Assembly: GCA_030390025.1 (NCBI GenBank)
Contig: CM059431.1
Span: forward strand, 130,884,001-130,948,000
DNA from: Squalus acanthias
Lineage: Eukaryota
DNA length: 64,000 bases
Direction of reading: 5' to 3'
Under the pieces are notes generated by a model. That model was not told the origin of the DNA. It did no database searches and was given only the letters and a program-made list of their open reading frames with translations. The position numbers and the translations under genes were made by a program. Positions 1-9,525 of this stretch are shown here, piece by piece (the first letter of the stretch is position 1; the number at the start of each line of letters is the position of its first letter).

Positions 1-1062
1 CTGCACATTGTCTCGAGCGTTGACCACAGATGTTCCCGTATTAAAAGCAGTGAACACATCGTTCACAACACCCCTTCTTTGTCTCCCCACCTGACCCAAA
101 ACTTCGTGTGGTGTGGTGTATAAGCTTGTTTTGTCAACCTCTGCAAAATCAAACTCATAAAATTGCCTGAACATGTTTGTTAACAGGACCTGGTACAATT
201 GTTCCGTTTCTTTGGGGCACCACTCTGGTAAATGCACCTCGGTGAGATTTAGAATCACCGAAGCCACCGCGTAATGTACCCCTTGATATAGTATCTGATC
301 TGTTGGCACCAGTACCAGACCATTCCCGGGCCCCTTAGTGGTTTTAGGGCACCCTTCCTCCTGAGCCAAAACCGCCGGAATCGTGGGCGGAGACTTGCGT
401 GGGCGCATGATGAGTTCAGTGGCGTTTACCGGGATCGGGGAGAATGGAGCTCCGCACCCCCTGGTGCTGACATCCCACCTCATCCCTTTCCCATCATCCT
501 GCCACTGTCGTAGGAAAAATATGGATATACCCTTGGGGCAAACGTACTTCGATCCCCATATACAAACATATATTCCCTCATCCGGTTCCCACCATTTGTC
601 CCAACAGACTTTCAATTGTCCGTTAGTCCCCGTAATTGTCCGATGGGTATTGTTATCCAATCGCTCCCACTTGACCGAGGAATTTCTCATAGTCTTGCTT
701 AACTTCCATAACCACCACCATTGGCTCAATGGGACCTTCCCATTGCACGTCAAACAAATCCTTTTGCCGACGGTGACGCTGATTCTGGGTGCAATGATCC
801 TCACCCTGGGACACAGTAAAGAAGTCTCTTTGTAGGCAAATCCGGATGCGCTGGAGTATTCCGTTGAATTCGTTCCCAGCCATCCCGGCCACCTTCCCTT
901 GTGGAAATAAGTGGCGATTTCCTCAGCCTCTCGCTCCCCGGTCCCATCCGTCGTGATGGGGGCCGTGTCCCCGGAGCAACCGAACACAACGACATCCTTG
1001 GTGAGGCCCCGATAGGCCAATCCATATCCGATCGTTGCGAGCACCATCAGAATCCTTTCCAT
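1..1062 (-). CDS. env: Envelope/fusion glycoprotein with an N-terminal Ig-like domain (354 aa visible, open at the window edge)
   Basis: Manual translation from ATG 1062 shows no stop down to base 1. Features: MERILMVLATIGYGLAY signal peptide; Ig motifs VTVGKRICLTC...W...DEGIYVC; five NxS/T sequons; RQRR followed by GVVNDVFTAFNTGTSVVN. Confidence 0.88.
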   Translation of the reverse strand, partial: MERILMVLATIGYGLAYRGLTKDVVVFGCSGDTAPITTDGTGEREAEEIATYFHKGRWPGWLGTNSTEYSSASGFAYKETSLLCPRVRIIAPRISVTVGKRICLTCNGKVPLSQWWWLWKLSKTMRNSSVKWERLDNNTHRTITGTNGQLKVCWDKWWEPDEGIYVCIWGSKYVCPKGISIFFLRQWQDDGKGMRWDVSTRGCGAPFSPIPVNATELIMRPRKSPPTIPAVLAQEEGCPKTTKGPGNGLVLVPTDQILYQGVHYAVASVILNLTEVHLPEWCPKETEQLYQVLLTNMFRQFYEFDFAEVDKTSLYTTPHEVLGQVGRQRRGVVNDVFTAFNTGTSVVNARDNVQ

Positions 1063-1333
1063 CTTTCCTGGTTCCTGTGATCAGATAAAATGATGTAGCC
1101 AGCCTCCCAAGAGTCTCTGGCTTTTGTGAAGGGTGAGCGGGTCCCTTGACCTCGTCTCACGTATAAAGACATGTATACTGGATAGACTTTAACTATTCCT
1201 ATCACTAACTCCCATCATTTTACCATTTACCTTTAAAATTAAACTACAAACTTACCAAACTTAAGAACACTATAAACTTAAAACTTATCCTAAACTTAAC
1301 TGTACAGCGCCGCCCGTTACCAGGGCGGCCTAC

Positions 1334-2375
1334 CTAAATTCTGCGAAGGCTGCCACGAGCTTTTCCCAGTGGCGGGGGGGCACTGACCCCTTCCTTTGAT
1401 CTGCCGCAGCCTGTCGTCGCTGCGCTGGGACTGGGATCTCCCTGGGCTGCCTTGAACTTACGCCTGGGGGTGTACGAGGGTTTTGGCCACAACTTCCTGG
1501 GCTGGGGTGTCCGACTTGACCTACGGAGGGCTACCTTGGGCAAGATTTCCAGGACCGACGGACCGGGAACCGAGACTTCCACCGTCACGGCCTGTGGTCC
1601 CACCACAGCCGCTGGCTCTGTCTCCCCTGGCTCCGCCCCCCTGGGCTCGGGATCTGCGGTTTCCGACTCCACCCTACTTGTCTCTACAGTAAGTGGATCT
1701 TCACTCACAATCCCTATCTCCCCTATGCTTGGGTCAAGGGCGGAACCTCCGTCCTCCGAACCCACCACCTCTTAGACCGGGTCACTACCTTGGTCGAGCT
1801 CTCCGAGCTCTTCCTCATCTGAATCCCAAGACCAAGAAAAGATCCTACACTTTTCCAGAATGTCCTCTCCCCTCACGCAGGCTGCTTTACCCTGCCTGTG
1901 TGCCCTGCGGTTCTACCCGGGGCTGAGAGTCCCCACTCGCAGGTTTGGCCCCTCCCCTATGACAGGCCACCGCCCCTGCTTGTGCCTTCTGTGAAATCTC
2001 GCCTGCTGGAGGCTGAGGATTTCTATTCTGTTTTAGTTTGGGCAACTCTGCTACCATGGCTTGCAACTGCGGGGTGGTGAATTCCCCCGGGGTTGTTGAG
2101 CAAACCATCCCTCTGGCTTTGGATAGGGCTTGGGTCAGACCTTTTATCCTTTCCTCACAGGGCCCATGGTTTAAATCCTCATACTCTCGGCTCCTGGCTA
2201 CCCTGTAGGCTGCCTTTATGTCTCTAAGCTGCCCTTCTAGCCCATCTATTTTCCCCATTAAGCGGGCGTTCTCCTCCCGCAAGGCCTGCTCTTTTAACCT
2301 GGCCTCCTTACAGGAGGCCCACTCCTGTGCGTGTCTTTCAAGGGGACACAGGTAGGCAGGCTGCGCCGGTTCCAG
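1334..2375 (-). pseudogene. ORF2 of the LTR element (Gag-paralogous coiled-coil module plus acidic/Pro-rich and basic tail), disrupted
   Basis: Continues in frame directly after the gag TGA. Covers track ORFs 1887..2282 and 1334..1768, which are linked by one frameshift (~1890) and one stop (~1773). No protease, RT or integrase core motifs seen. Confidence 0.65.
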
Positions 2376-4175
2376 TCAGAAGTCTGGGTTGTATGGGGCT
2401 GTTGCTACCTTTCCGTGTGAGGTCATAAGAGACCGCATGGCTCCTAACATGGACTCTATCGCATCGGGATGGATAGGCACACCAGCTCCTTTCTCAGAGA
2501 CAGGCGCTTGGGTTCGGACTGCGGGAGCTTTTTCCCTGGAGTCCTTCCAGGGATTCCTACAGTTTTTACGCCAGTGACCTGTCTTCCCGCACCCGTAACA
2601 AACACCACTGGTTTGTGGGGCGCGATTTCCCTCCTGATGCCACTCTTTCTGAGCCGGAGCTGCGGGCTTTGCCTCATGCACCTTTCCCTTAAGTGGACGC
2701 GCTCCCATGCTCCTAGTGTTCTGATACCCTATGGTGAGTCGATTCAGGACAGATTCCTCTGTTGTCTCGGGGTTAGTGGGATCAAACAACGCTCTGGCCT
2801 GCTCCCTGACGGCTGGCAAGCTGTTGGCTACCATGCACCTGAGCCAATGAGCTTTCCCGGCGCCGTCCAGATAGATGCGCTGTGGCGCACCTTGGCAGCT
2901 ACGCTGATATACTGGCCACAGTCTGTCGGCGAAAACCCGCGGGGGTTCTCCCTCCATCTGTACGGTCTGACCCAATCTGACGAACGGACCTTCGTCATCC
3001 GCCCCTAACACTTCTAGGACCTCGTCCCGTAAATCCCCATCGCTTTTATTTCCCTTCTTGCTCTCGTCGGAGAGACACTGAAGGATCGAGCTATCTAAAG
3101 TGAACAGCAACATCTTGGTCTTTTCCTCGTCGTCGCAGCCATTAATTGCTGCGGTCTGTTCTACTTCTCTAAAATGTACGGAAGGGTCGTCTGACTCGGA
3201 CAGCTTCCGTACATGGCTAATCATTGCTCTCAGCTGGTGTGAGCTGTGGGGCAATACAAGTTGGTTCAGGATATCCCCGTCTGCCCCATTTGCCCCATTC
3301 GGGCCTCTCTTATGACCTCGGACCGGACACATCGGTCCCGGTCTCGACGCTACCTCCGGGGATTGTCCTACCTCGGGAACCTTCTTCTCTATTTCCACCA
3401 CCTCCTCCCTTACCCAGGTTGCCGTATAGCTGGGTGGCGCGGAGGGCATAGTGGTATATACCTCTTCTGCTTTTTCCGGTAGGGATTTTGGGAATTCCCT
3501 ACCCACCTGTGGCTGGCTCGCTGACGGGCTGATGAGACACACCAAGCCGTTTGCCTTACTCAGGGACTCCCTCAGGTTCTCTATCTCCCTCTGGCAAACA
3601 CTGTGGTCGGCTCTCTCATGCCTATCCTCGAGGGCCATCTTGTATGCCGCCCTAACTCCCTTCAAGCTTTCTTCCTAAGCTTTTATCTGGCTAGCTAGGC
3701 GGATACACCGTTCTCTAATCCTTCCCTCGCTTAATTTTGCTTCTGTGACCTGACATTCTAGGTAATCAATTTTAGCCTCGTGGTGGTTGGCTACTATTTG
3801 GCGTTCCTGATGTAACGCATTCAATGATGCAATGAGTTTCTGTCCTCCCGTGACCTTTTCCTCCATCTCAGTTTCCAATTCCCTGATCTGAGCTGCCTGT
3901 GCTGCAATGACCTGGTCCGAAAGTTGGACTTGCTTCTTGTAGCACATCAGCCAGACCGCTTTCTCTACCGACTTCTTATGATCTTTACTACCTGTCCATT
4001 TGATGGCGGCGTCTAGCGGACGCTTATCCATCAGTAGGTCACTTATCCACCTTTTGGTTAAGTTAACCTTCCCAAACACATAGTCGGCTACCCTCTCATC
4101 CATCACATTTCACCTATTCAAACCAGGGTCTAAAACATTACTCTCCTGCTGCCAATGTCCTGCCGCGGTCGCCAT
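2376..4175 (-). pseudogene. gag: Gag polyprotein, 600 codons in one frame with two internal stops (TGA 4112-4110, TAG 3677-3675)
   Basis: Track ORFs 3675..4106 and 2376..3665 share a frame with ATG 4175. N-terminal coiled coil, capsid-like motifs (DPSVHFREVEQTAAINGCDDEEK; QMEGEPPRVFADRL), and CX2CX4HX4C knuckle CYGCGKTGHWRKNC at 2600-2559. Confidence 0.9.
4157..4174 (-). promoter_or_regulatory. Primer-binding site complementary to tRNA-Arg(TCG)
   Basis: Minus-strand TGGCGACCGCGGCAGGAC. The plus strand GTCCTGCCGCGGTCGCCA matches the 3' 18 nt (including CCA) of vertebrate tRNA-Arg(TCG) as recalled. Confidence 0.85.
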
Positions 4176-4179
4176 TTTC

Positions 4180-5948
4180 TGTAAGGGGGCATGTCTCAGA
4201 CGGTGCTGGTGCGAGGTTAGGCCTTCGTTGCCTAATACTATTGCTTGCTCTGGTCTCCAGCCAGCCTTTTTGCAATAAGCACCTGTGAGTGGTTCGACCC
4301 ACTCGCCCTTACGGTTCTAACACTGGACTTAGATGCAGGGAGCAGTAATGCAGGGAAAAACTCAAATAGACCCGGTTGAATAGTACGAAATGGAAATCTT
4401 TATTGCATGGCGTCTAAAATCATGAAATACATGTCATAGGCGCAAATCAAAGAGAGTACAAGTATACATACATTCATAAAGCTTGGTCTATGGAAATGGA
4501 GAACACACGGCACATTATACCTTAACCTTATTAAAAACCACCCTCCCGTAACACTACCTACACTACGTCTAGATTTGTAGGATCGTAAAACATGCTCACC
4601 ACTCGTGTTACTTCGGAGATTTTAAAGTGGGGCACTCAGCTCGTTTCGCTGCAGCGCCTGACTGTCACGTGTTTGGAAGGGTCTCTGCACCCCACTTGTT
4701 TACTTTTGCTGCTGCGAAAAGCAGGCCAGACTCCCTGTTGTCATGAAGAACTCGACGGAACTCGGATAAAATTCAAAGAAGAGTCTTCCTGTGTTCAACA
4801 CAGGTTGTAGTCGGTAGAACTCAAAGAAGAGTCCTGTATTTATATTTTCGGGCGCGGTCGGGGTTTACTGACCGTGGCGGCACGTGGAATTTCTTCTCGT
4901 CTCCTCGGGCCTCCGGGTCCAGACACCGTTTACCGACACTCGGGATGGTGTACCCTGTTACTTGCCCTTGTCGGGGCGGCTCGTACCGATTGAGCTCCAC
5001 CCAACACTTGAATAACTGACCAGTATGGCTAAGAGTCAAGAGTCAACAAAGTCCAGAGAGAAAATCGAGAGCCCACAAGTCAAGTGAGTTCATGAAGAGG
5101 CAAGCGAATAAGAGACCGATGGACATTTGTTCTCTATAGTTATAGTGATGTGTCCGCTTATCTCCCGCTCAAATCTTAATGTTTGTCCTTTGTGTAATAT
5201 TTGGCGCTCAAAACTCCCAGCATGGGGCGATTATCTTTTTTAACGGGTTTCGGTAGCACCTGAAACTGGCCAACTATCCGTTAATGTTTTCCCCATTGTT
5301 GGACCAGCCAGGATGTGTATGGATCGTCTCCCTGACTGGTTTTGGGGCCCCCCGAATACTTGCTTAATCACCCGTCGATGTCTCTCTCATTGTAGAGCCG
5401 GGGGGTATTTGTGTATTGATGTGTCTGGATGGGCCTTCGATTGCCCAGTACAATGATCCTTACTGTGCATAGGAAAATGATTCCAGCACTTATATCTTTG
5501 CTATTGTTCCAAATGCAAACGGGTTGCATCCTGTCTTTATCAGTGTTTACCGAGTATGATCCAATCTTATACTGAATGTATATTCAACGCCATCTTGTCT
5601 GCCCACTGTGTTTCTGGAAGCTTCTGCCACGATGCGCGGTGGCCATTTTACAGGCTTCTGTGTCCTTTATTATCAGGACAGCATTTCGTTTAATAAAACT
5701 GATCAACGAATCTGCTTCTCTTATGTTATTTTGAATCGCGATAATTGCGAAACTTTACAATTCCTAGCTTTTTCCTCCCAAAATGTATTACTTCATACTT
5801 GTCAACTTGAAATTACATCTGCTAGCTGTCCGCCCATGCTGCTAACCCATCTATGTCTTTACAGTCCTTCTAGCTGTTTGCCAAGTTCCCTCCTTTTGTG
5901 TCATCAGCAAATTTTGAGATTTATGCCCAAATCCAAATCGCCTATACA
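4180..5948 (-). repeat. 5' LTR (~1.77 kb)
   Basis: On the minus strand it begins TGTATAGG (5948) and ends CCCTTACA (4180), 5 nt before the PBS. TATAAATA at 4844-4837 and AATAAA at 4404-4399. The outer boundary is inferred because no second LTR is in the window. Confidence 0.75.
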
Positions 5949-6824
5949 CCAGCACTAATTCCAGATGACTTCCAAGGAGTGCCACATTTCTTAAAAATGC
6001 AAACTACATTTGCCAAATAACCATAACCAAACCATCATATCCTACATTTTCATGCTCAGTTCTTCAAATACCATCTTAATATATTGTAACCAGTGACAAA
6101 TAAATACTCATTGCAATGTTGAAATCATGTGCAGTGTGTTTCTCTCTATTATGTAGTGTGTGGATGTTGGCAACTTGCATTGGCACAATCCTGCCCTTGT
6201 GATTTATTTTGAATTCCTAACTTACACTCCATCTAAATGGTTCCCTTGTGGAAGGAGTAAATGCGTTGGTTGGCTGCAAGGTTTCTCTGACAGCTTGCTG
6301 GAATTCCGGTGACCTAAATCTCTTCAGTCAATGCATTGCTAGTGTCCTGATTGTGAGTTAGTCACACATGGGACTTCAATGGCTGACTGCTGCTACCTGT
6401 TTTTCAGATACTTCCTTCCATGCCTAGTTCACTGGGAGCATCTGGGGTAGGGTATCGGTCTCATAAATCTTTCTCCTTGCATTGGAGCTTGCCATGCCTG
6501 GCCTGTAAAAGGGACTTTCTCACTCTGTAATGCCCTATTCTACTGCAATTAGGCTGAGTCGATGTCTGTGGTTCGCAGCTCATTAAGAGGATTAGTGCTT
6601 CCTCATTTTCATTAGCTGATCCACTGTGGGGAGGTATAACCTATATTTTAGCCAAAGATGGAAAACGGCATAATTATAATTAACCAGTAGGCCATATTAC
6701 TCCCAAAAACTTTTAGTAATCTATAGGGACTGATTTTCATTTCATTGAGGGCAGAAAACTGGCGAGTGTGGATCAGCCGCCAATTATACACCTGGCCGAT
6801 TTTCCTTTCTAGTGACTTCAAGGG

Positions 6825-7215
6825 TCATGAGTGCTCATGAGGACGGCCTCAATAGGGATCTCGGGTTCATGTCACGCTACAGAACGTGACTTGACATCGT
6901 TGTCTGTCTTTCCAGTTTTTAAAAAACAAACACAAAAAAAAACAAACACAAAAAAACCCCCCCAAAAAAACACTGCAGACAGCAGGATTTGACACGTTGG
7001 ACCCCCTGGGACACATCTCATTGTCTTGGCTGTGCTCTTGGTGTGTCTTTGATGTAAGGAAAGATTGTATCTCTGTAGTTTCTGTGTTTATATTCTGTGA
7101 ACTTTTGTAGATTCACTCATTGTAACTGTACCTGAAGAAGGGGCGACAGCTCCGAAAGCTTGTAATTTTAAATAAATCTGTTGGACTATAACCTGGTGTT
7201 GTGCGACTTCTCACA
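6825..7215 (+). mobile_element. Penelope-like element 3' end
   Basis: Encodes the PLE-type C-terminus HEDGLNRDLGFMSRYRT*, followed by a hammerhead core and AATAAA. Confidence 0.75.
7128..7164 (+). ncRNA. Minimal hammerhead ribozyme motif in the PLE terminus
   Basis: TAC-CTGAAGA-A-GGGGC-GACA-GCTCC-GAAAGCTT-GTA: conserved core, stem II, palindromic stem III and short stem I. Confidence 0.6.
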
Positions 7216-8436
7216 AATGACTTTGTGCCAAAAATTTACTCTCAGCTGTTCATGCTCTTCGTCCCAAGCATGTCCCTTTTAAATAAGCAAAATAAGATCT
7301 ATGCATTCTTGAAGTGGATTGGATTTGACTCAAAAATGTTTCCCAAAATGTCAAAATGAATACACTCAACTTAAAGTGGCCGTTTGTGTTGAACAGTTGG
7401 GAAAGCCACATACATTGGTTATGCTAGAAACTGCAAATCTTTTTCAACAAGTTTCAGTAGTCCACAAACAGGTGATGAGTGCACAAAATCTGAACTCTGG
7501 AATAGCCATAGCTCACAGTTTAAACAGGTTCCTCCTGCTAGCTAGATAAAAATAGTATGTCAGTGAATATCCCTGTAACAGGAGCCTGCCAGGTCATGGT
7601 TTAAACACACCACTGAATGAATGGCAGTTCTTTGGCTGCTTGCCATGCTCGGGGAAGAGGTGTCACAGTGTCCGCCTGATTGATTTGTTCAAGTTTTTTT
7701 TTCTTTCCCTTTTTGCAGGCTAAGACTGCTGACATTGCTGGGCATCTTGCAGTTGGAGTGTGAACTGCGTTGATGTGTTCTATGATTTCAGCATGGGAGC
7801 ATCTTCACTAGCAAGTAACTTCAAATCTCAGTAGTATTCTGTACATTTTAATCAGCAGTCATTGCGGCTGGTTACAACTGAAAAGCAGAGTTTATCGTCT
7901 CCTCATTCTGATCTGAGTGCAAAACATTTCAGATGGAGGTAGCTTGAAATGATACACAGTAACCAAAGTCAATTAGGATTGATTTATTCTGAATGAACTC
8001 TGGCCACATCAGGCTTCCACCTCTGTTTAAGTGGTAATTCCCTCATTCCCAGCCCATTACTTTAAGACTTGCTCACTCTAAATAAGATCAATATAATTGT
8101 GTATAATTATGGTATACGGGGGAAAGAATTTTTTTCAAGTTTTTTTTGTAAACCATAACTTGTTGACAAAGGAATTTAGCCACTGGCAAAATTAATTCAA
8201 TATTAGTTTTTCTTTCTGGAAAGCCTGAATATTTGATCTGTATAATCTAACTGCATTCAAACAGAGTCCCAGTGCCTTAATCCAGGCTCAGCAGCCAAAT
8301 CCACAGTGCCCAATTAGATGGAGCTGCCAGTTTGAATTGCTGCTTTTCAGCTCTATGTGTTTCTGCAACCACGTGTGTGTGCTTGAAAGCATGCATAGCA
8401 ATATAAATATATATATATTTGCAAATTGACCTGTTG

Positions 8437-9525
8437 AAACAACAATAACTTGCATTTATATAGCGCCTTTAACATAGTAAAACGTCCCAAGACGCTTCAC
8501 AGGAGCCACAGTACCGAAACTGCTCTTATCAAAGTTACAAGTGACATCCTATGTGACTGTGACCATGGTAAACTATCCCTCCTCATCCTCTCGACCTTTC
8601 TGCAGCCTTTGGCACTGTTGACCACACCATCCTCCTCCAATGCCTCTCCACCGCCGTCCAGCTGGGTGGGACTGCATTCGCCTGGTTCCATTCTTATCTA
8701 TCCAGTCATAGCCAGAGAACCACCTGCAATGGCTTCTCTTCCCGCTCCCGCACCGTTACCTCTGGTGTCCCCCAAGGATCTTGGCTCCCTCCTATTTCTC
8801 ATCTACATGCTGCCCCTCGGCGACATCATTCGAAAATGCAGTGTCCGTTTGCACATGTACACTGACGACACCCAGCTCTAACTCACCTCCACCTCTCTTA
8901 ACCCCTCCACTGTAAATTGTTACACTGCTTGTCCGACATCCAGTATTGGATCAGTAGAAATTTCCTTCAACTAAATATTGGGAATACCAAAGCCATTGTC
9001 TTCAAACCCCACCACAAACTCCATTCCCTAGCCACCGACTCCATGCCTCTCCCTGGCAACTGGCTGAGGCTGAACCAGACTATTTGCAACCTTGGTGTCG
9101 TATTTGAGCCCAAGGTGAGCTTCCGACCAGATATCTGCGCCATCACGAAGAGCGCCTATTTCCACCTCCGTAACATTGCCCAATTCCGCTCCTGTCTCAG
9201 CTCATCTGCTGCTGAAACCCTCATCCATGCTTTTGTTACCTCTAGATTTGACTATTGCAATGCACTCCTGGCCGGCCTCCCATTTTCCACCCTCCATAAA
9301 CTTAAGGTCACCCAAAACTCTGCTGCCCGTATCGTAACTCGAACCAAGTCCCATTCACGCATCACCCCTGTGCTCGCTGGCCGACATTGGCTCCTGGTTA
9401 AGCAACGCCTCAATTTTAATATTCTCATTCTTATTTTCAAACCCCTCCATGGCCTCGCCCCTCCCTATCTCCTCCAGCCTTGCAACCCTCCAAGATATCT
9501 GTGCTCCTCCAATTTTGGCCTCTGG
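8437..9525 (+). mobile_element. L2-clade LINE fragment (RT and C-terminal region), preceded by an inverted L2 tail at 8437-8503
   Basis: HSTETALIKV, LFLIYMLPLG...HMYTDDTQL, ETLIHAFVTSRFDYCNALL; frameshifted. Confidence 0.9.

Larger units (their letters stand above)
1..5948 (-). mobile_element. Env-carrying LTR retroelement / endogenous retrovirus-like element (5' part; the 3' end lies outside the window)
   Basis: Order on the minus strand is LTR (TG...CA), PBS, gag with CCHC knuckle, ORF2, env-like ORF. Confidence 0.92.

Noticed and set aside
383..1025. Track ORFs 383..835(+), 653..892(-) and 801..1025(-)
   Set aside because: Shadow or alternative frames of the env ORF.
4592..5958. Short ORFs within the LTR as accessory genes
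   Set aside because: Short, several with non-ATG starts, and no recognisable motifs.
7695..7820. Strong plus-strand splice acceptor (TTTCTTTCCCTTTTTGCAG)
   Set aside because: All three downstream frames close quickly and the donor is weak; at most a non-coding exon, unsupported.
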